Assembly: GCA_002633005.1 (NCBI GenBank)
Contig: NMRA01000369.1
Coordinates: forward strand, 346,502-410,501
Length of the DNA stretch: 64,000 bases
Direction of reading: 5' to 3'
Origin: Phoronis australis
Lineage: Eukaryota; Animalia; Phoronida
Position numbers and translations under genes: made by a program
Shown here: piece after piece, positions 11,701-26,700 of the stretch
Layout of the letters: each line of letters opens with the position of its first letter
Position numbering within the stretch: position 1 is the stretch's first letter
Notes under the pieces: model-generated
What the model was told of the DNA's origin: nothing
The model's database searches: none
The model's input: the letters and a program-made list of their open reading frames with translations, nothing else

Positions 11701-14700
11701 TGGTACACTTCATTAACAAAGCTCAGACTACTTAGCACTCAAGACTTTTTACCTGTTCTCTGCAGCATCAGTAAACTTAATAGGAACGGTTCCATCACCG
11801 CCACCAGGCGGCCTCTCAGGAATGGCCTTAACATTGGCTTTATTCAAGTCCTTCAATACTTCATAGTTGATTTTACTTGAGATTTTCTTCTCTTGTAACA
11901 TTTTCTCTATGGCCTCCCCAGCAGTGTTGGCCTGAAGTGATTGTTTCTTTTTGTATTTACGTTTTTTCTTCGCCTCTGGCTTTTGAATGCCTAGCTCTTT
12001 GTCACGGGCTTCCTTTTCTTCCTTTTCTACACAGACAACACATCGCATAAGACACAAAGCATCATGGTGACAGCCCCTCAAATTAGATCAAAAAAGCATT
12101 ATTGGGTCTGACCTCATTTTGAAACCTGCACCTCATTGTTTCAATAAAAAAGAAGCATACTGACCCATTCAGCTGGCAGCAGGTGACTCTAGAGAACAAT
12201 GACAAGATGAGTCCTTACTCATTTCAGCTGACATCAGCGGACATTTTCTTAAGAAAATGGGGACAACTAAATATCTATTTTATCACCACACGAATTTTGA
12301 ATGTAACAACACAAACCAGAACCAATTTTGCTTCTTACGGTAGGATAGGCAACATTAACAAAGTGGTTAAGTGTACAAAATGTATGCTGGTGAAGAGAAA
12401 AATCTACTGAAGTGTGCAGAAGACAAATTTTGTTGGTTTCTTTGAAATCCCAATATAACAACTACTAAAGCCAAGTCACAACCAATCACGGAACCAGCTT
12501 ACTTACAGTATTTGCCCATAAATTGACAAACCTCCGTCACCTCTTCACAAGTCAGTTTGACTAAAGACAGGTGCATTGTTTTTACAGAAGGAATGGGGAA
12601 TCATTCATTGAAGCTGTGATTCAGATTAGTAGCTTCAATTGAATACCTGGCCTGAAGCGTGGACAAAGAAAGGAAAAAGCATGACTTATCAAATCATGGT
12701 CATATCATGGATACGATATGTTCTTACAATTAGCACTGACAGTACTCGCTTTAGGATCACAGACACTCAGTGATTAAATCAGATGAATGATGCAGCAAGC
12801 TACGATTCCCTGATGCACACGCATCATACTGACAATTCACAAATACAGTAATTAAAAGTCAATATTTGAAATAAATAATTTCAGGAACTAATCATTATAG
12901 GGGACTTACCACAGTACAAGGCACCAGTTTACCCTAGGATTAGCATAACACGATCAGTAGCCTATTGAATGTCTGAAGTCAAGACAGTTAGTGGCACAAA
13001 TGCAAGCCACCCCTGGGATAACCAGCCAAATGCATTAAACTTAAAAATTTGTTAACGTCATCATTTGTGCACTGTGTTGCTAAGGTAACTTGAGCTGGTG
13101 CCAATGCTTGTAATTACATAGCTTGAGTGGACCAACCTTTTTGCTCCTGAATGTAGACAGCGTTCAACTTATTCCAAAGTTCAGTTTTACGCAGCACTTC
13201 GTCGTCATCCAGTATAAACTAGGAGATAGAATCAAAGACAGTGAGCAAAAACGAGTCTGGTATTAGGGTGCATTTGCACCGAGTTACCATTTATAACACT
13301 TTGTTCCTCATAAAGTTCCCATCAGTAAATCAAACACCAACTGTACTGGTATACAAGTTGGTTGTGGTGCAGTGAACATCGCTTAACATGTTTTATAAAA
13401 GTGGACACCCCATTTTTTTCTTCCAAATCCCTGTTGGGTTGCACGTCCACACCCAATTTACAGTTGTGAAGTTTAACTCCTTGTCAATTCCCATTAAAGG
13501 CGAATTTTGGCTCACAAAACATAAACAACGTGTTTACCTTAGACTAAAAAACCGTACATTTCCTATATTTTGTTAGTCGGGTCATTTGATTCTTGCATGT
13601 GGACTGTCTGAAATAACTGCAGTTTAGTCGAATTTATTGTGCAACTAGATGCATACCCACAAATTTGAAGAATTAGCAAAAATTAAATGCGGTTCTTGGG
13701 TTACCTCCAACAATGTGGCTCTCTCAAACTGAACACTATAGTCAACTATAACATACTGCTGTTTCAGATAAGCACTGGCTCATTGTGTCTTCACTTTGTA
13801 TGTTATTATTGACACTGTAGGAGCTTAATTACCAATCAATCATCGCGTCATCAATGAGGACGTATTTTCTAATCAGTCGTTTCTGCACCCCAACTCAAGC
13901 TTTGATGTAACTTTGGTTGGTTTCTGCATTGCGAAAAATCTGGAGATTTGGACAAGGACAGGTTGGCATTTCTATGATAATTTTGCATCCCACTGTTATG
14001 GACATCACTCTCCTACCTGGTCTAGTTCAGCATCATTAATTCCATTCAGATCCAATTCACCATCATCATTTTCCTCAACTGAAAACCACAAAATTGTTAC
14101 AACAATTCATCTTTTGATAACACATGCATTTCATTCCTTACTATTACAGATCATTATAAAACCAAACTGACGTAAGCTTAATAGCTAAATGTACAACGCA
14201 GACAAGTATTTCAATACCCCACCATCAGCTGAGCTACACACTGTCAGATGATGCATAAGTTGGGCTACACACTGTCAAATGGTGAGGGCACGAGAAAAAG
14301 GTGACATGCACTAATTTTTGACATCCTAATTAAGCGTCCGCAAAAAGTAGTTGAGAAACAATCGTATGTACAAATATTTATTTAAACACATGTGCCTATG
14401 TCCAACTAATCCATTTTTTTCAAATAAGACATTTTACTCCACTTACGAAAAATTACAAATCTCACCTTCTATATCTTCCTGTGATATAGTTTTCCCAACA
14501 ATGCAGATTCACCAGGCTCCTTCTACTGGGGACTGATGACTAACTGGTTCCCTCAGAAACTGCATTGCCTCTGAACCTACCAGGAATCAATTTTTCAATA
14601 CACAGGGCGGAATCAGATTTAAGCTATCTTACTCATGGTCCGGGTCCTTGCAGTCGTCTATGAACAGTGGCAGAGGGTGATGCAATTTTCACAGGAAACA

Positions 14701-17700
14701 GTTAGTCATCGTTCCTAAATACAAGGCACCTTGTGGCTCCACAATATTGTGAAAACTATATTACAATGAGTTACACAAGTTGTGTTTTCGCATCAAGTAA
14801 CAATGAATAGAGAAACAGTTGATTGAAGCGCCCCCTACATTTTTCTGTATCTGTCCTCATGCATTCTTCTATCGATTCTTTCAGACCAAGACTAGCAGCA
14901 GTAGGTCGGGGTCCCAACTTAGACTCCCATGGTGACTTGGGAGGCGGCATAAGAACGTTGTCAATTTCGGACTGTAATTAATAACGTAGACTGAATTCGG
15001 AGTGACAGAATTCTCAAAGCGACTTCAACGACAAGTAATAAATAACAGACAGGTGCAACATTTTTAAGAAGGAAGCATGAAATATGCAAGCAATTAATGC
15101 ATTAATGTGTACAACTGGGCCATTGCAAAATCATAATCACAAACAATACTGGCAACCACTTTACAAAACACATGTATAGGATCAACATTTGCTTCAATAG
15201 AGGAAGATTGTCCTTGTGAACTCTAAATGCAGTGGAAGATGTTTTTTGAAAGCATGACAACCTTTAGTTAATTAACGCTATCTAAATGTGTTAGACATGG
15301 TCCATCGGAAAATGGCATTCATTGATTTGCGCAAATTCCGCAAATAAGTATTATTAGGCACTGTGTCACCATAACCAAATCAAGAAATGAAACATCGAGT
15401 ATTAAAATACAATTATTCATACACTCGAAATTACTGACGAGTAGCTTGATGGGAGGATAGGTGGAAATGTCCAACAACAAATAATAAATTCAAAGCAAAC
15501 AATTAATCAAATAAAACTCGGCTTATTTTAGAGCATCCTGTACTCTACCGTTCATTGTAAATTTTCGACACCTTGCCTTTCGAAATTGTATCATTATACA
15601 CATGCGAATAAAGCTACGCAATCCCGATACACGTAGGCAAAATTGAGACCCATGACCAATACAAGAGAAACGTTAAGATTTTTGTAAATTTTCATGACTC
15701 CTTATTGTATCAAGGTGTAGGCCAAGTCCAGCGTATTGGTATTGTGACGAATGGAACAAGCATACTCAATAAAAGCGATGTGCAATACAACCAAAATCAA
15801 GTTTTTATTTTATGTACAGTACATGTATCAGTTTTAATCTGATGTGACACAAAGGCAACTATCATGTTAAGTAGTATTGCAAAAGGTGATTGAAAAACAG
15901 AGTACAGTAATTCTTCACTTATTTAGCACACAATATGGCCTACAAGTGAAGTTCTATTTTGTCCATTTTTCCAAAAAAAATGAAGATTAAGAGATTTTTA
16001 GTCAATCACTGGCATTGTTTGTACTGCATAGACGTCATAAAACAACTTATGGAATTTTTAAATGATTTTCAGTGAAGTAATTGACCTATGAAAAAAAGGT
16101 CTATTGTCAATTGTTTTTGTGTGAAATAAGTGAAGAATTGCTATTGTCATTTGTGTTTGCAGCGCAGTGCATCTTTTAAAGATATCGTGAGGTTTGTTTA
16201 GGATTGATTAGGTACGAACCATAGCTTTCCCACTTGATTTAAATTAATCATAATTACGGATGGGTCCTATGATGGACAATTCCTTACACTCAACCGACAT
16301 AGCGTGAAATTCTGCTTGCACTCGGCCACCATGTTGCGGAATAAAGGGACGCTTTATCTGTTCCGATAATGAAATCCACCTTTTTCATAATCTTTGTAGT
16401 GACGCGGGATTTTGGCAAGAGAAATGTCAAAAATCTCCTAATTACTAATGCCATAAAAGAATTCAAGAGTTTTTACTAATCTCTATAATTCGTTGTTGAA
16501 CCAGCTTGTACTTACTTGAACATAGTACTTTAAAAACAAAACAGAACAATTTTCTAACCACAAATTTCTTGCAGTAATTTTGAGATTTTTAAAGTCCTTA
16601 TAACCAACAACAGAATGGTACCTTCACGCTTAAAGATAGTTGTGTTGATCACTTTGACAACAAGAAAAGTCACCTTCTCTAAAATGGCCACATCTGCGTC
16701 CAAGCTATCGTCGTTGATGCTATCTTTTAAAGACTGGATGATGTGGTCATCTTTCAAGTCTGAAGGGTCTCCAGTCAGTGAAAGTTTGCTATAATCTGGA
16801 TCTGCAGATTCATCAAAGGTTGAGCTGGACTGTGAAATTTCAGGGTCCTCTGAGCATATACTGGCACATTCTGGAATATGAAGAAGATAAATTGAGAGGC
16901 GTGGGATGCTGTACTGGTAACAAAACTTAATAAGTAACAGTACATGACAAACATACCACTTCCTTGTCATGACAGCCAGCTAACTCTGCGAATAGCAACT
17001 GACTGGAAATGACAACATGGCGTCAAAATTCAGAACGGCTACACCACCTTACTATCTCTATCGTGAGAGAAGACTACTTTGATGATGAAATCAGCCCAGC
17101 TTGCGCTCGGCCGTCATGACGGTAACTCCGGGTCATTTTGTCTGCGTACTTATGGCGTGTACTTTACTATTAAAGCCCTGTTTTGATGATTTCATAAAAA
17201 ATTGGGTGTGCCATCTGCTGTTTCATTATTAGAACCTCTTGACGGATTGCCGCATTTTTTGCACCCTCGTTGCCTCACATGGTGGGTCTTGCAGTTCAAC
17301 CTGAGTGGTCTTTTCTGCAGCCATTGATAAATTTGCAAGCCCATTTAGCACTTTAAAAGGAGGTTTTTAACTTTGTCCAAACGTTTAAAGGTTGACAAGA
17401 ACTAGCAGAGCAATACTTAACTTCAATGTTGTAATGTAGTGCATGAACTTGGAATACAGAATGAAAACTTGGCAATTTCACTCAAATCATTAAGTTCACT
17501 TTGATATAAATTTGCCCTGCACTAACTCTAATAAAATAATGAAAATTTTAACCACCCTTTTCAACTATTGGTGATTTACTCACCAAAGAGCAATTAATTT
17601 AACCATTCACATACGGTAATTATTCTTCCGATTCTGTGAAACATGTTGGGGAAAGGAGAAAATATGTGATCATGTGACCAATAATAATAACAATTATTTA

Positions 17701-20700
17701 CAGTGAACAAAAAATTTCACCTGACGGCTTTAATAAATATTCAATTCCAAGTTCACGCATACTCAAACGTGAGAGTAAGCAGGATCCTAAGTTCACGCAC
17801 AACAGTACTCCGCGGAGAAATCTTTTAAAATAAGTAAACCTGAATCTGTTCCTTTCTTCTTTTGATCCAAGGCTCTTTCTATCTCCGCTTGAACAGAGAT
17901 GATCTCCTCTGTGAGTTCACCGAATTTATTCTGCTCCTCAAGCTAAACAAAATGGCAGAAAGTACTGTCTTAAGAAAGGACCTAGATAAACGTGGGATAG
18001 TACAATTAAAGGATATTGAACAAGATTAAAGCAAAAATGTCATCAGTTTACAAAAAGCAGTCTGAAATAGATGCAACTAAAGAACAATTATAATTATCGC
18101 GTCGACCAGATAACGCATTTCTGATATAATTGCGTTGTAATAACTAATTACTAATAATTCTTATGGATATATTTCTGGTAACTCTAATGAGATCTACTCA
18201 AATGCCAAATTTCAGAAATAACCCCAGAAAGGGACCAAAGCAGCAACTCCTCAAAGAGAATGCTTGAAAATGGCTGCCACAACATCGTTCTAGGTCCAAC
18301 TTCTGTCAAAAGCTATAGGCTTCAATCTCTTGCACAGTTATTTGTTGTGAGTAAATTTCGAGTCGATCAGTAAAGAACTGTGGTTCTGCTAGTCAGTGAG
18401 CCCTGAGCTGTAGTAGAACATTTCCTGGGTACTTTCACCTGGCATTTTACTTTTTTATTGTATGATTATATAAAGTATTCCTAATTCATTAGTTAAAAAG
18501 TTCCCAAATTTTATAATTATGGACTAAACTGTTAACTGTGTTAAGCAGTAGAAGGTACTTAAGTAACAGCATTAGCCAATCACAGACTGAGAAACACATT
18601 TCTGATAACCATGGTATGGAGATTATACATCTACGGCAGGTACCAGAGTAAGAAATCCTTGGCAGATAGATGAAAACCACCACTAAATGGTTTAGCCAAA
18701 GTTACAAAAGTTTTTGATCTTAGATCTGACCTTGCAAAAGCAGACAATAAAAAAGTTTGCATTTGAAACATGCATCTGAGTATTTTTCATAGTTCCAGGA
18801 GTCTTTGAAAAATCAAATATAATCAGTCACGTTTAGCTTAACGATATGAAAATTTGTATTTCATATTGTTTACTTTAAAAAGCTGATGTCACATTGAAGG
18901 GCAACATTTGAGAATACATTTTAATAAAGCTTCTTAATGCTGTGTTGACTTTGACAATATTGAAGCCGAAAGACGGAGCATCTCTAACTTGGATGAGCTG
19001 GAACCAGCTGCTTCTAACTGGTTGTGTTGAATGGGTTGTGAACTGCTTACTTTGAACCAGTTTGTGCTGAGCCAGTCCAAACTGGTATGAGCCTGACGGA
19101 GGATGTCTGGTCCAATTTGAGGCAAACCCAACTTCGAACATTTTGCTTTTAATTGCCATTCTCGGAGCGTAAACCGAGATGAATACATTTTTTAAGCTTT
19201 GCAAAAGTTGAGCCAATTTTAGTACTCATTGCCATGTTTGCTTAAAGTTCCATAAGCTGACTTCCTCTCACTTACATTGTTACTGAAGTAGTCACAGTTG
19301 ACCTCTGTCAACGCAGCGATGCATGACTTCCGTAAACAATCCAGCTGATTGCACCACAAATTGCAAACGGTTATATTGATAAGATCTACGGCTGTTGGCA
19401 GTAAATAATACAATTACCACTTAGCGTTTGAAGACATTGTTGTTACTAGCGTAAAAAGTGAGTTTAGAACAGTGTTTAAAAGAAAAAAATCCTTGACGAG
19501 TTCAGTGCGACCTCACTAATTAAGTAGGTCAATCTTGTTTTGTTATTCTGCAGATGCAGAGAACACGATTTGTGTTGTTTATCTAACTAACAAAGTAGAA
19601 AATAACAGAGAACATTTACAATAACCTTAGTTTTTAAATGTCAGGAGAAATAGACTATTTAGCTGATGGCACAACAAATTCATGGGAGATAAGTCTGAGC
19701 CAGAGGCAACTTTGTACGTAGTGGGTAAAATATGTTAATCCCATTTTTCAGATTTTCTTCTCATGAGCACTGTGGTTATGCATGCGCGGCGCACCATAGG
19801 GAGCTGGGGGCTATATCCCCCACTTTTTTCAGTGCTGCGCCACCCATGTTATGTTAAAATGTTGTGTATGTTTGCTGAATTTGTATCACCTGTAGTAAAT
19901 ATTTGGCCTTCTTCCGACCTTCTGTGAATGATGGTGGATCAGCCTCCTGTTCAAGATCAATAGTTTGAAACTCGTCAATGGTCAGTTTACTGGAAGGAGT
20001 ATCTTCAAATTCAAGCAACCTGCAACAGGAGCACAGCTTAGTTGACAGAGAATCTCATGATTATGAGAGTAGAATCAGCTAGGAAGCCTGGATTTCATAA
20101 CAGCATAATCTCATGAACAGAGACAATGGTGCTTACAGACTCAGCTGTCTGTACAATCCTGTATTACGCCCAGCATTTGTCCCGACTCGGTTTGAGACCT
20201 GCACCCACCACTTGCCCACGTCTATTTCAGCCAAGGTCTATTGTGTAAGCACAGTAAAAAAATCCCGCATCATTTTTGCTCATCTCAGGAGGATTTTCTT
20301 TTTTCAAAAAGTGAAAAACTAAAAAGTACTGAGCCGGCTTCATTTTCAAAAAAAAAACAAGAGACCATAACTAGTGTTTTTTATGCCAATAGGCCCTTTC
20401 TAAACTACAAACAAAAACTACTGGTAATTACATTTATACTATCTCTATACTTATTATTGAGTGGCTATAACCCCATCTTCTCCTACAATGATTTAGATCA
20501 CTTAACGCTATGAAGTTGGTCTCAAATTGTATCTTGGTCAGAATAAGTGTAATTCTTGGCTTGAAAGGAACTGATAGTTCATTATTGCTCCAGAAGGGCT
20601 TGACACATTGACATGGGTGGCGCACCACAGGAGGCTGGGGGGCTATGGTCCCCCCTAGTTATTTCAGAGCTGCGCTGCCCATGATTGAGTTGTCACAGCG

Positions 20701-23700
20701 TGTCAATTTATTTGTGTCAAGCAAAAAATGAACTGCCAGAGTTCTTTTTAAGCACCAAAATCACTTCTCGTTTGAGAAAAGAAGAAGTTGAGAAAAATTT
20801 TATGTTGTTTAAGTGGTCTAAATCAAAACTTAGTTTATGAGATGGAACATAGCTTTATAACCGCTTTAAAGAAATTATTTTTAACACTAATTTTACATTA
20901 AAAAATTAAAACAAATTTTTAAAAATGACATATAGACAAACTCTTCAGAACACAAAAATTCCCAAGTTACAAACTATTAGAGACAAACGCCATGTTTCAA
21001 GGGGCCGTGTACAAACTAATAGAGTGTATGAACTATTAGAGAAAACATCGTACACAAACGTGATTATGCGATAAGAGGATATAAGCCAGCCTTCCATCAC
21101 AAAACCAGGTTTTGATTTAGACAATTTACCCGTATGAAAAATGTTCTCAAATTGTTAGAGGCTTACAAAAAACTGACAGATCATTCATTATTGTTCGAGG
21201 CTAGGCTCTACAAGTTGGCTTGTGAAGGCATTTCATTTTATTCGCCGTCAAGGAATAACGAACCACAAAATCTATGCAAGCCCAGAAATCACTTTTCATC
21301 TGAGTAAAAAAATGGCTTGAGACCAGTTTTATACCGGAAATTTCTGAAAATAGGCCCATGGGTGGACATTCTGAAAACTACCATTGGAAAACGTCAAATG
21401 AAACCGAATATATGCCCGCGGGCATATGATTCAGTTTCAAAGCAAATAATTATCACTCAATACTGTTTTCAAAGCACATAAAAATAGGATACATTGATAG
21501 TCACTACATTTGAGTGAAATCACGACCCCAAAATACTATTTGTAGCTAAACTAAACAAAATTTTCCATCAAAACATCTTACGTACTTAAGAAAAATCCAT
21601 GAGATTTTCAAAACAAGCAAATAGTTACCAAAAATACACCTTTAAAGTACTTTATAATATGGGAATTTTAAAAAATTACATCCATGGCACGTAAATTTTT
21701 GCTCAGTTTAAAATGATAACAGAAAAGTATCAAGGTGCCAAAATTCTGTTTTCTTTTGTATAGGATTGCTTTATTAAACCGTCGCTAGGAGACAGAACCA
21801 GCTGTAATAGCATGAAAACCAAAAACAACACAAATCGTAAACAATAAGGAACGCCCCTCTAATGAAATAACACAGACTGTAGCATGAATTCGGGCAACTA
21901 CCTTTTTCTGATTGTTGCTTCGCAAACTTTGACAACTTTTACCAGATCCTTCTGAGACCTGCTGAAGTTATGAATGCGCGCTGCCACCAGGAGAGCTGAA
22001 AAGAGACGGGATTACCTGGATGATAAAAAATACTGTGTAAAGAAGTGTAGCAAAAGGCACCTATGGCATGGATAATTCCGGCCATTCTATTAAATGCCAA
22101 GTCTATTTTCAGATTATGTCGACATAAAATGCTGTATCCGAAACTTGAAAATATGATGAAAGCCAAAATTACCCACGGTCAATCTCCATAATCAAGAAAA
22201 TTCAATTTCAGCTGGAATATCTGTGTCCTAAATTCTAAAGACTGCCCACAATGGAGAGTTTTTACTGTAATAACGTACGTGAAAAAATTTTGCAATTTGG
22301 ATAGCTATGACAATATGGCAAAAAATTGAAAAATCACATTAACATTCCATCATCCTCAAGACACCAATGCCAAATTTCATGAAAATCCACCAAGAAGCAT
22401 TATACCGGTAGATACAGAGGCATGCGCAAAGAAAATCGAAATTGCCGCGAGAAGGCCATGCTCATCTCAATGGGAAGACATCAATGAAATATCCTAATGA
22501 TCCCTTGAGCAGTTTGGCAGATGAAGATGCAAAACTTATTAAAATGGCCACTAGAGGGCGCAGATTACACAGGAGTCATCTACCTCTATTATAGAAATCT
22601 GTTTTCCAAATTCATGAAGCTCCGTCAAGGAATTTAATTTTGGTAGATACGCAGAGGCTAAAGTAAAAAGTTGCCACATAGCGGTGGTTTCTCATAGTAC
22701 AATGAACAAGGCATGTTATAGGATTTTTTATCCAAAAAACGAGGATTTTGCAATTGCAACTTTTACTAAGATTCACGGGGTATGTTCAGAGCTAAGAATT
22801 GTGCATTTGTCAAATTTTGGTAGTTCCTACCTTTTTAGCACACTTTTGTCTAGTTTTCTACCGTTTTTGGAGATTTTGTTTGTCTGAGGTGGACCTATTT
22901 TGCCCACTTTGCCAGATGGGGGTTCATTCGAGACCCCCCTCCCCCGAGCCCCCTCTGGATGCGCGCCTGCTTAAGGGTTACATCAGGAATAATTGTGAAA
23001 AGCATTGACCTTGGTGTTATGAAATTATCTTCTCGCAATCAATCCACAACCACAATCAACTTGATAACAACCAAGAAGGTTATTATTCAATTATTATTAT
23101 TGTTATTGTTATTATTATTATTCCTGGGTCACGCAAAAATTGAGCCAACTCACCAGCACCACACAGGCCTGACGGGCGTCGGCCCACAGCCAGCCAGTCT
23201 CGCTTCATTCGAGATACCAGCCGCACTGCAGTCATACTGACTTCATGTTCCTTGTCACCAAAGTCCAGTTTATGAGCAAACCGATGAATTAGCAAGCAGG
23301 GATCTGCAACAAGAGAGATATGGGAACACAGTCTGATCAGTTTCAAGGGAGTACAAGTGGTGACAGGGTTGTGTTTGTAACAAACTGAGGTAACATTCAC
23401 CCATGGCAGAGAGGCACCATCTTAGCCTTTTTGTGGTACCACAGTACATAACAGAATATCAGATATCTATACCTGCCCAAGTACGTAACTAGTTTTCAGA
23501 TAAAATCTTCAAATATCAACACATTTTTTTGCCCCAGTCAATAATGATTAACAATTAATTTTACATTTAGTTGACTATTCTTCCTAAAATTCCTTTAAAA
23601 GCCAGAAAAAATAAGACATTTCAACTTTTTAAAAACTCGTAGTTCAGTGAGCAGTCCTTTCCCAACAGCAGAGAGATTACATGCTCTTATTATTCTAGTC

Positions 23701-26700
23701 TTTTGAGCCAAGAAGAGAGCAGCCATCCCAGAGTTGGCAAATTCATCAGTCGGCGAAGAAACTTCCTAACAAAGTTGTCATTAGTTTTAACAGGCCTTCC
23801 TGGTTTTATTATTCCTGTTCTTTTGGTCATTGCTGAAGCTGAAGAAATCAGTATTATATCTCTGTTCTGGTGTTTTTATTTCGTTAGAAAATGTACTTTC
23901 GGCCCAAGGCAATGAACATTGGAAATCAAATCTAAATTAGAGAGCAAATAATGTTCAAACGAGTCTTCATCTGTCCGTACCGCAGATGATATCAGTATTC
24001 GCTCTCATAAAATAATAGTCTTATCTCGGTCAGTGAATAAGATGAATGGGTACCGCATACCACCAAAAGGGTGCACTGTGCACATCTGATGCATTGTGGG
24101 ATACTTGGTTTATTTGTAGAAGAGATGGGAAGTTAGTCATCTTCCTCAGAAATTCCTCACGTTTTTCTCAGGTAAAGAACGTACAAGTTATTTAAGAGAT
24201 AAGTAGGTAGATACTGAATATTCACTTAGTGTGTTGAGTTCGATCGATTGATATGAGATTACAGATAACGCGTAGAGTTTTCATGTTTCCATGACCTAAT
24301 TCGTCACCGCCACTTGTAAATTCGAGTAGGCCTACTGTTCCTGTGGCAAATCACGTTACTTCCAAGTGAGAAAACTGTCTTTCTGGCGAGTATAAATCAC
24401 TTCTTGTTGATGGACAATACGCACTTAAAAGTAAACAATGCCAGGTGCGTTCTTTAGCAGGTGAGTTTCTCGCTAAAAGACTTTCAACGTGCCTTTCCAA
24501 CTTGTTTACTCTGTATCGAAAGTCTCCTTTTGTCGAGCCCATGTCGGCGACTTAACCATCTGCGAGCGTGCGCAGAGTGCTCAGTTCGTATTGATGTTTT
24601 CGGACAGATGTTTCTAATCTGGATGAGGTGAATAAATCTACAGCGGTCTTGTTATCAAACAGTATTACACTGTTGGTTGATGACTGCGGCAGATCCCACT
24701 GCATGTTCTGCTGACAGGAGGGTGTTTGCAACATTTTGGCGATTGTGATGTGCACCCGCACCCCCGTGAAACATATTGTGCATTTTGAAGCTGCCTTATG
24801 GGTTTATTAAAACTGATCATGAAGTTGCCAATTTGTCGTAAAAAGGTGAAAAGTGAAAAAAGGTAAGATACCTGCTTGCAGTTCAATTCTACTTTTGAGT
24901 TTTTGACGTTTTTTATAATTCAAAAATACTAAATGGCTAATTACAGCTACATTAGGAAACTCGTAGAAATTACCGATTCTGATCAAGTTGTCAAATACTT
25001 TTTACTCCGTTAAATCTTGAAAGTAAATTTTTTGTTAGAACGACACAAAATTTAGCTGTGTATGTAACGGATGAAGCATAGTTTCTCAATTTCCCTCCGT
25101 CTGCTTCATGGAAATATGTCAGAGCGCTGCAACCGGCAGTTTTTATAGATGTGTATGGACTAGTAATCGTATATTTTGATTTTTTATTACTTTCTTTACA
25201 TTTGCCAAGTGTCATGGTTATTTCTTTACTTATTGTATCATGTAATTCTTGTTAGTAGAATTCTGTAAAACAAATATGAGAATGTCAGTTCTTCCAAAAA
25301 CACGGGGGTTGGCCGTGATAACATAATTAGAGGCTGGATAGAGGGGGAGGTGGCAAATTTAGATGACGTAATATGTGAACGCTCACATTAACCAAAAAAT
25401 TTAAAAACAAGATTTTTGAAAGTGATTTACGAATATAAAATTTTGATAAGGTAGAAGTTCTCATTTTAAATTGATTAATAGTATATTCCATCTTCTTACT
25501 GAAAGCTCCTTGCAAGCCATTAGTCTGAATGTTTTCATTTCTCATACGGTTCAATCAATTATTCCATAATTCTTTGTTTTCACCAGAATTTGCGTGCTAT
25601 TGATTTTTGTTCAAGGCAAACTCTGAGTGTCTAAGTTGAATGATGTGTGTAGCTTTGACATTCATATTTCACGTGGAATCAGATATTTTTAATTGACACT
25701 GTCATTTACACACTTGAAATGCTGTTTTCATGCAACCCATTTGTAACCTGTAATTTTAGATGCCAGGAAAGGCAAGTCAGTCTAATAAGGCAATTTTTGC
25801 TATTTACCCAACAAGTTGGCCCAATAAAACAATTTTTGCTGTTTACCGGAAGGGCCAGCCAAACAAACCAATTGCTACTCACCTGACTAATCGTTCACAC
25901 ATTAAGCCAATTTATGCTTTTTTCTGACAAGGAATTCACTGTTCTAACCAACGTTTGGAAAATAATCTTTTGCTATTCACCCGACAACATGGGCGGCGCA
26001 GCATTAAAAAAAGTGCGGGGGGGCTATAGCACCCCAGCCCCCCTATGGTATGCTGCCCATTGACAAACTTGTCAAAGTTGTATGGTCAAGGTCAAGGAGT
26101 CTTCAAGGTTCAGTCTTGTCAACTAAAATAACCCTGAATTTTGCTATTCACGTGACAAAGCCTCACAGCGATGTCACTTTTTTCATGGATTTTTTTAAAA
26201 TTTCAATTCTTTTCTTCCAATCGTACACTGTTCAAGTTCAAATCCCTACAACTGTAATACGTGTTTGTAAGACCTAGTCCTAAAATTATGAGACGGACGT
26301 TAAAAATTTATTGCAGACAGTCTGCTACGCGTTGTACCAGACGTGCGCAAGCTGGTACGGTGGGCCCATGACACTGAGCACCTGAAACCATTTTTATGCT
26401 TTATTAATATATTGTTAAAGCCGAGCTGAGGAGTACACAAACCTGGCTCAAGGGTCTTGCACTGAGCACCGATGGGACTCTTACCTACGACATTTAAAGG
26501 AAGTGGACATTTGTCCCACTAGGCCACACTGCCTCCTCTAACAAATGTTTTAAAAGAATTTACGTTGCAATAATGTCTGACTAATTTCAGACAAAAATAG
26601 TAGCCAAAACTGCACTTTTCCTTTTTTCAGGGTTGCTAGGAATGCCCACATTTTTTTCAAAATATTTTTTGTTGGAAGCTATGAATTTATGATACTGTAA

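Noticed and set aside
17070-17150. AAGACTACTTTGATGATGA resembling a U3 or C/D snoRNA start
   Set aside because: Antisense to the host gene, with no matching D box, terminal stem or further U3 similarity.
18875-19413. Minus-strand ORFs with a weak SAP-like stretch ([15 protein letters not shown])
   Set aside because: Too short and degenerate to assign; no TIRs or transposase motifs identified; not needed for the BRF1 frame.
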